A stretch of DNA of 33,150 nt from an uncultured Ruminococcus sp. (GCA_964461155.1 CAYWTG010000002.1:1-33150), one strand, 5' to 3'. Positions 17,086 to 25,662 are shown, counted from the stretch's first letter. Program-made: numbers and translations. Notes: generated by a model not told the origin, from the letters alone.

Positions 17086-18116
17086 AAGACCGATCTATGA
17101 ATAAGTTAAACACACAACACGGAATAGTGACAAAATGCGTCGGCGGACTTTACACAGTCCGCCTTACGTGCTCTGACGGAGATGCGAAATACATCGAGTG
17201 TCGCGCGCGAGGACGCTTTCGCCACGATGGAATGTCCCCGCTCCCGGGAGACGACGTGAGAGTCGTTGAGGGAGACGACGCACTTTCGGGGGAGTATGTT
17301 CTTGACGAAATACTCCCGCGCCATTCCGAGCTGATACGACCGCCCATGGCAAATCTCACGCATCTGTTTTTGCTCATCCCGTCATGCCGTCCGAAGCCCG
17401 ATCTGCTGACGGCAGACAAGATAACGGCAATTGCCGAACACAGCGGTGTTGAGATCGTGGCAGTCGCGGGAAAGGCCGACATGGATCCTGAAAGTGCCGA
17501 AAACATACGCAAAATATACAGTGATGCGGGATTTGCCGCCTTTGCTGTCAGCGCAGTAACGGGCGAGGGCATCCGTGAGCTTGCCGACTACATTTCCGCA
17601 TCTGCCGAAGCCGGTGCGCGCCGAGATATGCCCATGCGAGCCGCCTTTGTCGGTGTTTCCGGTGCCGGAAAATCGACACTCATGAGCGCGATCTTCCCGA
17701 AGCTCTCACTTGCCACGGGCAAGCTTTCAAACAAAACAATGCGCGGCCGTCACACAACACGAGCCGTTGAGCTATTTTATCTGAAAAGCCCGTCCGAAAA
17801 CTGCGACGAGTGCTTCTACCTCGCCGACACGCCCGGCTTTTCGATGCTCGACTTCACGGGATACAACTTCTTCCCCGCAGAAGATCTCGCCGAAAACTTC
17901 CGCGAGATCGCGCCGCTTCTCGGAAACTGCCGATACACGAAGTGCACTCACACCAAAGAGGAGGGCTGCGCCGTGCTTGAGGCTGTCGCCGACGGAAAAA
18001 TCAGCAAACAACGACACGAAAGCTTCTGCCGCATATACGAGGAGCTCCGCGCAAAGCCGGAATGGAAGCGACTTCGCGAGCTCGAGTCACAAAACGGCAA
18101 ATGCCGAAGAAAATAA
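17082..18116 (+). CDS. rsgA: Ribosome small-subunit-dependent GTPase A (RsgA/CpgA)
   Basis: Circularly permuted GTPase with GVSGAGKST, DTPGF and the zinc motif CRYTKCTHTKEEGC. The start is either the GTG at 17082 (overlapping the prkC stop) or the ATG at 17097 (MNKLNTQHG). Confidence 0.9.
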   Translation: MKDRSMNKLNTQHGIVTKCVGGLYTVRLTCSDGDAKYIECRARGRFRHDGMSPLPGDDVRVVEGDDALSGEYVLDEILPRHSELIRPPMANLTHLFLLIPSCRPKPDLLTADKITAIAEHSGVEIVAVAGKADMDPESAENIRKIYSDAGFAAFAVSAVTGEGIRELADYISASAEAGARRDMPMRAAFVGVSGAGKSTLMSAIFPKLSLATGKLSNKTMRGRHTTRAVELFYLKSPSENCDECFYLADTPGFSMLDFTGYNFFPAEDLAENFREIAPLLGNCRYTKCTHTKEEGCAVLEAVADGKISKQRHESFCRIYEELRAKPEWKRLRELESQNGKCRRK

Positions 18117-18138
18117 CGGCAACAGACGAAAATAACGG

Positions 18139-18792
18139 GTGACACACATGAGCGGAAAATTTGTAATCATCACGGGCGGCGAGTGCCGTCTTGACGGAAT
18201 ACCTGCGGACATTGCCGACGGCAGCTTTGTTATCGCCGCCGACAGCGGATTTGACACCGCAAAGCGGCTCGGCATCAGCCCCTCGCTCCTCGTCGGAGAC
18301 ATGGACTCGATCTCATCGGTTCCTCAGGGAGTTGAGCTCTACCGCGTCAAGGCCGAAAAGGACGTGACAGACACGATGCTCGCCGTCGACATCGCGCTCG
18401 AGCGCGGCGGCCGGGAGATCACCATCATCGGCGGTGCGGGAGGTCGCGCCGACCACTGGCTGTCGAACATTCTCATGCTTGAAGCATACGCCGAAAGGGG
18501 AATCGACATTCGCCTCGTCGACGGAACGAACGAAATATTCGTGCTCTGCGACGGATCTGTTCAAATACCGAAGCGCGGCGGGTACTTCGGCATTCTCGCG
18601 CTTTCCGACTGCACGGTCACCGAGACGGGATGCAAATACCCTCTCGAACGCGCCGTTCTTAGGCGAAATATGCCGTATGCTGTCAGCAACGAGGTCGTCG
18701 ACGATTTTGCGCATATTACGGTCGAGGGGCACGCGGTCATCACCGTGTCAAAAAAACAAGTGCGGCATATACTGCTGACAGAGGAGCGATAA
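18139..18792 (+). CDS. thiN: Thiamine diphosphokinase (ThiN/YloS)
   Basis: Motifs VIAADSG, LLVGDMDSI and EKDVTDTMLA, with a C-terminal thiamine-binding domain. The start is ambiguous between the GTG at 18139 and the ATG at 18148. Confidence 0.85.
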   Translation: MTHMSGKFVIITGGECRLDGIPADIADGSFVIAADSGFDTAKRLGISPSLLVGDMDSISSVPQGVELYRVKAEKDVTDTMLAVDIALERGGREITIIGGAGGRADHWLSNILMLEAYAERGIDIRLVDGTNEIFVLCDGSVQIPKRGGYFGILALSDCTVTETGCKYPLERAVLRRNMPYAVSNEVVDDFAHITVEGHAVITVSKKQVRHILLTEER

Positions 18793-18826
18793 GAGCTCCG
18801 ATCTCGACTGAAAAAAGGTTCACGCA

Positions 18827-18904
18827 ATGAAAGTTGTCCTTATGAAAAGTCCGCGCGCCGTATCACCGCTTTTGCGCCACATATTTAAGATACCGAAAAA
18901 ATAA
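18827..18904 (+). CDS. spoVM: Stage V sporulation protein M-like micro-protein (25 aa)
   Basis: Not in the ORF track because it is under 60 aa. It translates as MKVVLMKSPRAVSPLLRHIFKIPKK, compared with B. subtilis SpoVM MKFYTIKLPKFLGGIVRAMLGSFRKD. It lies directly after thiN as in Bacillus and is followed by a strong terminator. The RBS is weak (AAAGG). Confidence 0.6.
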   Translation: MKVVLMKSPRAVSPLLRHIFKIPKK

Positions 18905-18910
18905 TATCTC

Positions 18911-18951
18911 AAAAAACGCAAGGCTTTATCTCATCACGCCTTGCGTTTTTC
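18911..18951 (+). terminator. Rho-independent terminator ending the long ylo-type cluster
   Basis: ACGCAAGGC (18916-18924) pairs with GCCTTGCGT (18938-18946), followed by TTTTT. Confidence 0.8.
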
Positions 18952-18973
18952 CGATTCACAATACCGCGCGGTA

Positions 18974-19002
18974 TTGACAAATGATGCAAAAAACTTTATA
19001 AT
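18974..19002 (+). promoter_or_regulatory. Sigma-A-type promoter of the GH43 gene
   Basis: Consensus TTGACA (18974-18979), a 17-nt spacer, then TATAAT (18997-19002). Confidence 0.7.
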
Positions 19003-19035
19003 AGTCTTGATAAGAACAAACTCACGGAGAAATAT

Positions 19036-19899
19036 ATGAAAAACCGCGATATAAACATCCGCGACCCATTCGTCCTTTTTAAGGACGGAAAATATTATAT
19101 GTACGGCACACGCGCCGCTCATTTCGGACTTGCAAGCGGCGGTTTCGACGTTTACATATCGGAAGATCTCGAAAACTGGAGCGACGGCGTCTCCTGTTTT
19201 GACTCGAAAAAGTATTCACTGAATCGCGGCGCGAACTGGGCCCCCGAAGTCCACCACTATCGCGACGCATACTATATGCTTGCCACTTTCACGAGAGAAA
19301 ACGGCTTGCGCGGCACGCATATTCTTCGCTCCGCTTCGCCTCTCGGCCCGTTTGAGCCGCACGGTCGCGTCTGTCTGACCCCGGATGAGTGGGAATGCCT
19401 CGACGGCACGCTGTTTGTCGACGAAAGCGGCACGCCTTATCTCGTCTTCTGCCACGAACACACGCAGATCATCGACGGCACCATATGCTATGTTCGCCTG
19501 TCGGACGACCTGACAGCTCCCGTCGGCGAAGTTTGCACTCTGTTTGCGGCGTCCGAGCCCGAGTGGGCGGACAAGCTACCGGACGGCGAGCACTACGTAA
19601 CCGACGGACCTTTCATCCACCGCACTCGCACGGGCGAGCTTCTCATGCTCTGGTCGACTTTCATCGGCGGCAAATATGCCGTCTGCACGACACGCTTCGA
19701 GCACGGCACGCTCGGCGAAAATTTCGAGCACCTCCCTCCCCTTTCGGTCGAAGACGGCGGTCACGCGATGATCTTCTCGGACGACGCGCACACGTATCTG
19801 ACATTCCATATGCAAAACACAGGCGGTCATGAATATCCCGTGTTTTACGAGCTTTGCGACCGCGGCGACTCACTTGAGATCGCGCGGAAGTTAAAATAA
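19036..19899 (+). CDS. Glycoside hydrolase family 43 (arabinofuranosidase / beta-xylosidase-like), cytoplasmic
   Basis: Motifs IRDPFVLFKDGKYYMYGT, NWAPEVH and LDGTLF are typical of the GH43 five-bladed propeller with its catalytic Asp/Asp/Glu. There is no signal peptide. Confidence 0.8.
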   Translation: MKNRDINIRDPFVLFKDGKYYMYGTRAAHFGLASGGFDVYISEDLENWSDGVSCFDSKKYSLNRGANWAPEVHHYRDAYYMLATFTRENGLRGTHILRSASPLGPFEPHGRVCLTPDEWECLDGTLFVDESGTPYLVFCHEHTQIIDGTICYVRLSDDLTAPVGEVCTLFAASEPEWADKLPDGEHYVTDGPFIHRTRTGELLMLWSTFIGGKYAVCTTRFEHGTLGENFEHLPPLSVEDGGHAMIFSDDAHTYLTFHMQNTGGHEYPVFYELCDRGDSLEIARKLK

Positions 19900-19924
19900 T
19901 ACACAGCTGCGACGGACGGTCGAT

Positions 19925-19980
19925 GCGACATTTCGGGCTCAAAGCATTTGAAATGTCGCTTTGATCATCTGCCGCTTTTT
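19925..19980 (+). terminator. Terminator of the GH43 gene
   Basis: GCGACATTTC (19925-19934) pairs with GAAATGTCGC (19950-19959), followed by a T-rich tract (TTTGATCATCTGCCGCTTTTTT). Confidence 0.6.
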
Positions 19981-20020
19981 TCTTTTGTGTGAAAAATTTC
20001 CCGATTTTTTCATTTACCCC

Positions 20021-20049
20021 TTGACAAGGTAGGTTGAATGTGGTATACT
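20021..20049 (+). promoter_or_regulatory. Sigma-A-type promoter of the metY-cysK-nifS-iscU-rrf2 operon
   Basis: TTGACA (20021-20026), a 17-nt spacer ending in TGG (extended -10), then TATACT (20044-20049). Confidence 0.65.
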
Positions 20050-20055
20050 CATACC

Positions 20056-20225
20056 TACCGAGGAGGTGGGTAATACATCATCTCGGCAAACCCCGAAAAA
20101 AGGCAAAAGCTCTATGAAAAACTATTTTGAACAGCTCGTCAGAGCAAATTTCCGCTTCGGACGAATGTGAAGTTTAAGTATTAACACGCCGACTCACATT
20201 CAACAAACGAAAGGAAATATTAAAT
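20056..20225 (+). promoter_or_regulatory. Unclassified structured 5' leader of the sulfur/Fe-S operon
   Basis: About 175 nt separate the predicted transcription start and the metY ATG. The leader contains hairpins CCGAG...CTCGG (20057-20094) and GAATGTGA...TCACATTC (20163-20201). No T-box or SAM-I core motifs were recognised. Confidence 0.4.
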
Positions 20226-21500
20226 ATGAAATTTGAGACACTTCAGCTCCATGTAGGACAGGAAACACCCGATATCGCAACCGATGCACGCGCCGTGCCG
20301 ATCTACGCCACTACCTCGTACGTATTTCACAACTCCGCTCACGCGGCAGCTCGCTTCGGACTTGAGGACGCAGGCAATATTTACGGCAGACTCACAAACT
20401 CCACGCAGGACGTGCTCGAGCGTCGCGTCGCCGCTCTTGAAGGCGGTGTTGCCGCTCTTGCTCTCGCCTCGGGTGCAGCGGCGATCACATACACGCTTCA
20501 GGCTCTCGGTCAAAACGGAGGTCACTTCGTCGCACAGAAGACGATCTACGGCGGCAGCTACAATCTCCTCGCGCACACGCTTCCCACTCTCGGCATCACC
20601 GCAAGCTTCGTAAATATTCACGATCTCGATGAGGTCGAGAGCGCGGTCAGCGACAACACACGCGCGATCTATATCGAAACCCTCGGCAATCCGAACAGCG
20701 ACATCCCCGATATCGCCGAGCTTGCAAAGCTTGCTCACCGTCACGGCATCCCGCTTGTCGTAGATAACACGTTCGGCACGCCCTACCTCATTCGCCCGAT
20801 CGAGTACGGTGCAGACATCGTCGTTCACTCCGCGACAAAGTTTCTCGGCGGTCACGGCACGACCCTCGGCGGCATCATCGTCGACAGCGGCAACTTCGAC
20901 TGGTCGGCAAGCGGAAAATATCCCGCTGTTGCCGCTCCGAACCCGAGCTATCACGGTGTATCGTTTACCGATGCGGCAGGTCGCGCGGCGTTTGTAACGT
21001 ACATCCGTGCGGTGCTTCTCCGCGACATGGGCGCGACGATCTCACCTTTTGCGGCGTTTTTGCTCATTCAGGGCATCGAGACACTTTCGCTCAGAGTCGA
21101 GCGTCATACGGAAAATACTAAGCGTGTCATCGATTTTCTCGCATCGAACGAAAAAGTCGAGCGCGTAAATCACCCCTCGCTCCCCTCCCATCCCGACCAC
21201 GCGCTTTACGAGAAGTATTTCCCGAACGGCGGCGGCTCGATCTTCACCTTTGATATTAAGGGCGGCGTTAAGGAAGCTCACGCTTTTATCGACAGCCTCA
21301 AGATCTTCTCGCTTCTCGCAAATGTCGCCGACGTAAAGAGCCTCGTCATCCACCCTGCGACAACGACTCACAGCCAGATGACCTCGGAAGAGCTCAGCGA
21401 GCTTAATATCAATCCGAACACCGTCCGTCTCTCGATCGGCACGGAGCACATCGACGATATTCTCGACGACCTGCGCGGTGCTTTCGACAATGTAAAGTAA
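20226..21500 (+). CDS. metY: O-acetylhomoserine sulfhydrylase / aminocarboxypropyltransferase (PLP-dependent)
   Basis: Cys/Met-metabolism PLP family: IYGRLTNSTQDVLE, VVDNTFGTPYL, and the PLP-lysine motif HSATKFLGGHG. Confidence 0.9.
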   Translation: MKFETLQLHVGQETPDIATDARAVPIYATTSYVFHNSAHAAARFGLEDAGNIYGRLTNSTQDVLERRVAALEGGVAALALASGAAAITYTLQALGQNGGHFVAQKTIYGGSYNLLAHTLPTLGITASFVNIHDLDEVESAVSDNTRAIYIETLGNPNSDIPDIAELAKLAHRHGIPLVVDNTFGTPYLIRPIEYGADIVVHSATKFLGGHGTTLGGIIVDSGNFDWSASGKYPAVAAPNPSYHGVSFTDAAGRAAFVTYIRAVLLRDMGATISPFAAFLLIQGIETLSLRVERHTENTKRVIDFLASNEKVERVNHPSLPSHPDHALYEKYFPNGGGSIFTFDIKGGVKEAHAFIDSLKIFSLLANVADVKSLVIHPATTTHSQMTSEELSELNINPNTVRLSIGTEHIDDILDDLRGAFDNVK

Positions 21501-21513
21501 TAAGGAGTTCATC

Positions 21514-22455
21514 ATGTCAAATATTTATAAATCCATAGATCAGCTTATCGGAAACACACCGCTCATCGAACTTACCCGCACGGAAAAAGAGCTCGGACTC
21601 AAAGCGAGACTTCTCGCAAAGCTCGAGTATTTCAATCCCGCAGGATCTGTAAAGGATCGCGTCGCGCTTCAGATGCTCAACGACTATGAGGCCGACGGAA
21701 AGCTTTCTGCGGATTCGGTAATAATCGAGCCGACTTCGGGTAACACCGGTATCGGAATCGCCGCAGTCGCCGCCGCACGCGGCTACAGAGCCATCATCGT
21801 AATGCCGGAGACAATGTCGGTCGAGCGTCGCCGCCTTATGGCCGCATACGGTGCCGAAGTAGTGCTCAGCGAGGGCTCAAAGGGCATGGCGGGCGCGATA
21901 GCACGCGCAGAGGAGCTCGCCGCAGAGATCAGTGACAGCATCATCGCGGGACAGTTTGTAAATCCCTCGAACCCCAAGGCGCACCGTCTTGCCACAGGCC
22001 CCGAAATTTTCGCCGACACAGACGGAGAAGTCGACATCTTCGTCTCGGGCGTCGGCACAGGCGGCACCGTTACAGGTGTCGGAGAATATTTGAAAGAGAA
22101 AAAAACGAGCGTCCGCGTCGTCGCGGTCGAGCCCGCAACATCACCCGTTTTGAGCGAGGGTCGTGCGGGTGCTCACAAGATACAGGGCATCGGCGCGGGC
22201 TTTGTCCCCGAGGTGCTGAACACAAGCGTGTACGACGAGATAATCAAAGTCTCGGATGACGACGCATTTGAGGCGGCACGTGCCGTAGGACGTCGTGAGG
22301 GCTTCCTCGTCGGCATTTCCTCGGGAGGCGCGCTCGCGGCGGCGATAAGCCTCGCACGTCGTGCTGAAAACGAGGGCAAAACTATCGTCATACTCTTCCC
22401 CGACGGCGGCGACAGATACCTCTCGACCGCACTTTACGCAGAAAACAGTAAATAA
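21514..22455 (+). CDS. cysK: Cysteine synthase A (O-acetylserine sulfhydrylase)
   Basis: PLP lysine in GSVKDR, plus TSGNTGIG and GVGTGGTVTG. Strong RBS AAGGAG. Confidence 0.93.
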   Translation: MSNIYKSIDQLIGNTPLIELTRTEKELGLKARLLAKLEYFNPAGSVKDRVALQMLNDYEADGKLSADSVIIEPTSGNTGIGIAAVAAARGYRAIIVMPETMSVERRRLMAAYGAEVVLSEGSKGMAGAIARAEELAAEISDSIIAGQFVNPSNPKAHRLATGPEIFADTDGEVDIFVSGVGTGGTVTGVGEYLKEKKTSVRVVAVEPATSPVLSEGRAGAHKIQGIGAGFVPEVLNTSVYDEIIKVSDDDAFEAARAVGRREGFLVGISSGGALAAAISLARRAENEGKTIVILFPDGGDRYLSTALYAENSK

Positions 22456-22466
22456 CGGAGAATCAT

Positions 22467-23657
22467 ATGCAAATATACCTTGACAATGCGGCGACAACGA
22501 AAATGAGTCGCACGGCGATCGACGCCATGCTCCCGTATTACGATGAAATATACGGAAATCCGTCGAGTCTGCACTCCGCAGGTCAGCGCGCCGCAGAAGC
22601 TCTCGCCGACGCGAGAGAACGCGTGGCCGCCCGTCTCGGATGCACTCCCGGCGAAATAATTTTCACCTCCGGCGGAAGCGAGGCTGACAATCAAGCTCTC
22701 CTCACCGCCGCCGAACTCGGCCGCAAACGCGGTAAAAAGCACATCATTTCGACAGCCATCGAGCATCACGCCGTTCTTCACACGCTCAAAAAACTCGAGT
22801 CGGAGGGCTTTGAGGTCACACTTCTTCCCGTCCCCGAGTGTGGCATAGTTGACGTCGCCGACGTGCGCGACAACATCCGCGACGACACCTGCCTTGTCAC
22901 GGTGATGTATGCAAACAACGAGATCGGCACGATACAGCCGATAGGCGAGATCGGTAAGATCTGCCGCGAGCGCGGCGTGCTTTTCCACACCGACGCGGTT
23001 CAGGCGGCAGGTCACGTGCACATCAACGTGAAAGACTTAAACGTGGATATGCTGTCACTGTCGGCGCACAAATTTCACGGTCCGAAAGGCGTGGGCGCGC
23101 TCTACATAAGACGCGGCATACGCCCGTCGGTGCTCATCGAGGGCGGCGCACAGGAAAAAGGTCGCCGCGCGGGCACTGAGAATATCCCCGCCATCATGGG
23201 CATGGCGGCGGCACTCGATGAGGCGTGCGACAAGATCGACGAAAACAGCGCGAAGATCGCAAAACTGCGCGACAGGCTCATCGAGGGACTCGGTGAAATA
23301 CCGCACTCCGTACTGAACGGAGACGCCGAACGACGCCTTCCCGGAAACGTAAGCTTCTGCTTCGAGGGCATTGAGGGAGAGTCGCTTCTTCTGCTCCTCG
23401 ATGACCGCGGCGTGTGCGCGTCATCGGGTTCGGCCTGCACTTCGGGTTCGCTCGATCCGAGCCACGTTCTCCTCGCAATAGGCAGAGTTCACGACATTGC
23501 TCACGGCTCACTGCGCCTCACGCTTGACGGCGAGAACACGCCCGAAGAAATCGAAAATACGATACGCACGGTCAAAGAAGTCGTCGCTTATCTGCGAAGC
23601 TTCTCGCCGATCTGGCGCGACCTTACGGAAAACCGTCGCGAATTTATAATAAAATAA
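22467..23657 (+). CDS. nifS: Cysteine desulfurase (NifS/IscS type)
   Basis: PLP lysine in SLSAHKFHGPKG and the catalytic loop SSGSACTSG. Confidence 0.93.
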   Translation: MQIYLDNAATTKMSRTAIDAMLPYYDEIYGNPSSLHSAGQRAAEALADARERVAARLGCTPGEIIFTSGGSEADNQALLTAAELGRKRGKKHIISTAIEHHAVLHTLKKLESEGFEVTLLPVPECGIVDVADVRDNIRDDTCLVTVMYANNEIGTIQPIGEIGKICRERGVLFHTDAVQAAGHVHINVKDLNVDMLSLSAHKFHGPKGVGALYIRRGIRPSVLIEGGAQEKGRRAGTENIPAIMGMAAALDEACDKIDENSAKIAKLRDRLIEGLGEIPHSVLNGDAERRLPGNVSFCFEGIEGESLLLLLDDRGVCASSGSACTSGSLDPSHVLLAIGRVHDIAHGSLRLTLDGENTPEEIENTIRTVKEVVAYLRSFSPIWRDLTENRREFIIK

Positions 23658-23666
23658 GGAGTAGAC

Positions 23667-24098
23667 ATGGCACTTTACAGCGAAAAAGTAATGGATCATT
23701 TCAGAAATCCGCGCAATGTCGGCGTGATCGAAGACGCAGACGGCGTGGGCGAAGTCGGCAACGCGAAATGCGGCGACATAATGAAGATATACCTCAAAAT
23801 CGAAAACGACATCATCACAGACGTGAAGTTTGAGACTTTCGGCTGCGGTTCGGCCATCGCATCGAGCTCGATGGCGACAGAGCTTATCAAGGGTCGCCCC
23901 CTCGGCGAAGCTCTTACTCTCACAAATAAGGCAGTTGCCGAAGCACTCGACGGACTCCCCGCGCACAAGATGCACTGCTCCGTCCTCGCAGAGGAAGCCA
24001 TCAAGTCCGCAATTCGCGACTACTACGAGAAAAACGGCATCGAATATGACCGCACTCTATTTGACGACGAGCACTCCTGCCCTCACTGCGGTGAATAA
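23667..24098 (+). CDS. iscU: Fe-S cluster assembly scaffold (IscU/NifU N-terminal type)
   Basis: The three ligand cysteines lie in GNAKCGD, FGCGSAIASS and KMHCS. The short C-terminal extension ends CPHCGE. Confidence 0.9.
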   Translation: MALYSEKVMDHFRNPRNVGVIEDADGVGEVGNAKCGDIMKIYLKIENDIITDVKFETFGCGSAIASSSMATELIKGRPLGEALTLTNKAVAEALDGLPAHKMHCSVLAEEAIKSAIRDYYEKNGIEYDRTLFDDEHSCPHCGE

Positions 24099-24110
24099 GG
24101 AGGCGCGGCG

Positions 24111-24539
24111 ATGCTTGTTTCAACAAAGGGTCGATACGCGCTGAGGATCATGCTCGATCTGGCGCAGTATCAGGGCGACTCCTATGTTCCGATGAAAGAG
24201 GTCGCGACCCGTCAGGGGCTGTCCCTCAAGTACATCGAAAAGATCATGCCTCAGCTGTCGAAAAACGGATTTGTCGACGGCGTGCACGGTAAGGGCGGCG
24301 GATATCGCCTCTCGCGCCCGCTTGACGAATACCGCGTCGGAGACATACTCCGCCTCGCCGAGGGTGATCTCGCGCCGGTCGCTTGCCTCGAATGCTCGGC
24401 CGAGCCCTGCGAACGCTCAGACAGCTGTATGACGCGCCCCATGTGGCAACAGCTTTATACCTTAGTCAACGATTATTTCGACGGAATAACGCTCGCTGAT
24501 CTTGCGAAAAACGGCTCTGCCGCGTCGGCACAGCTTTAA
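24111..24539 (+). CDS. Rrf2-family transcriptional regulator, IscR-like (cysteine cluster present)
   Basis: Winged-helix N-terminus MLVSTKGRYALRIMLDLA and a Cys cluster CLECSAEPCERSDSC suited to Fe-S ligation. It is the last gene of the operon. Confidence 0.85.
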   Translation: MLVSTKGRYALRIMLDLAQYQGDSYVPMKEVATRQGLSLKYIEKIMPQLSKNGFVDGVHGKGGGYRLSRPLDEYRVGDILRLAEGDLAPVACLECSAEPCERSDSCMTRPMWQQLYTLVNDYFDGITLADLAKNGSAASAQL

Positions 24540-24591
24540 AAAATCCCACGGTTCACTTTCCGAACCGTGGGAATTCGTTTTATTTCGTTTT
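24537..24591. terminator. Bidirectional terminator between rrf2 (+) and asnA (-)
   Basis: 11-bp stem TCCCACGGTTC (24544-24554) / GAACCGTGGGA (24562-24572), flanked by an A-run upstream and T-rich sequence downstream. Confidence 0.8.
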
Positions 24592-24603
24592 AGCATCGCA
24601 CGC

Positions 24604-25617
24604 TTAAAGAAGCGTGATTCCGGCCTCGGCGCAGGCGCGGCGCGTGCCTTCGTCCCATACGGACGCCTGAACCTCACCGATATGTGCCGTCTGCATCATC
24701 AGCATACAAATTCTCGACTGGCCGATACCGCCGCCCATGGTAAGCGGGAGCTTGCCCTCAAGAAGCATACGATGGAACTCCATCTCGCGTCTCTCGGTGC
24801 ATCCAGCAAGCTCGAGCTGACGTGCAAGGGACTCCTCGTCGACGCGGATTCCCATCGACGATATCTCGAACGAACGTCCGAGAAGCTCGTTCCAGATCAT
24901 GATATCGCCGTTGAGCTCCCAGTCGTCGTAGTCGGGCGCGCGGAGGTCATGCGGCTTGCCGGATTTAAGCTTTCCGCCGATCTGCATGATAAACGCGGTC
25001 TTGTGCTCGCGGACAAAAGCGTCCTCGCGACCGTGCGCGTCGAGGTCGGGGTACATATCCTCAAGCTCCTGCGAGGTTACAAACGCGACCTCGCGCTGTA
25101 TTCTGCAGTTAAGCGTCGGGAACTCGTCGATGACCGCCTCGTTTGTGTCGCAAAGCGCGTCGACGATGCGCTGAACGGTCTCTTCGAGATATGCGCGGCA
25201 ACGCTGCTCGCGCGAGATGACCTTCTCCCAGTCCCACTGGTCAACGTAAATCGAATGAATATTGTCAAGACGCTCGTCGCGGCGGACGGCGTTCATATCT
25301 GTGTAAAGGCCTACGCCTACGGGGAATCCGTAGCGCGCGAGAGCGAGACGCTTCCACTTTGCAAGCGAGTGCACGATCTGCGCATTTTCGCCGACAGCGG
25401 GAATATCGAACTCTACGGGGCGTTCAACGCCGCTGAGGTTATCGTTAAGCCCCGATGCCTCAAGAACGAACAGGGGGGCCGAGACGCGCTTCAGAGCGAG
25501 TGCTCCTCTGAGACTTCTGCTGAACGTACGCTTGATGAAATCGATGGCGCACTGCGTGTCGTAAATGCTGAGGCGGGGCTTGTAGCCTTCGGGAATAAAA
25601 GTTGTACTTGTGCTCAT
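24604..25617 (-). CDS. asnA: Aspartate--ammonia ligase (asparagine synthetase A)
   Basis: Class II aaRS-like AsnA: MSTSTTFIPEGYKPRLSIYDTQCAIDFIK, SSMGIRVD and GGGIGQSRICM. I prefer the ATG at 25617 (RBS GAAAGG upstream) over the track start at 25659. Confidence 0.9.
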   Translation of the reverse strand: MSTSTTFIPEGYKPRLSIYDTQCAIDFIKRTFSRSLRGALALKRVSAPLFVLEASGLNDNLSGVERPVEFDIPAVGENAQIVHSLAKWKRLALARYGFPVGVGLYTDMNAVRRDERLDNIHSIYVDQWDWEKVISREQRCRAYLEETVQRIVDALCDTNEAVIDEFPTLNCRIQREVAFVTSQELEDMYPDLDAHGREDAFVREHKTAFIMQIGGKLKSGKPHDLRAPDYDDWELNGDIMIWNELLGRSFEISSMGIRVDEESLARQLELAGCTERREMEFHRMLLEGKLPLTMGGGIGQSRICMLMMQTAHIGEVQASVWDEGTRRACAEAGITLL

Positions 25618-25662
25618 TTTGATCAGACCTTTCTTCGGGATCCTGTCCCCCGTATACATTAT

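Noticed and set aside
20114-20170. 18-codon uORF MKNYFEQLVRANFRFGRM in the metY leader, as a Met-sensing leader peptide
   Set aside because: It has only a weak AAAGG upstream and a single terminal Met codon, with no run of regulatory codons. It cannot be told apart from chance without conservation data.
20050-20225. T-box or SAM-I (S-box) riboswitch upstream of metY
   Set aside because: There is no T-box 14-mer (GGTGGTACCGCG-like), no AGAGA or specifier-loop architecture, and no SAM-I core. The leader also has no terminator with a U-run.
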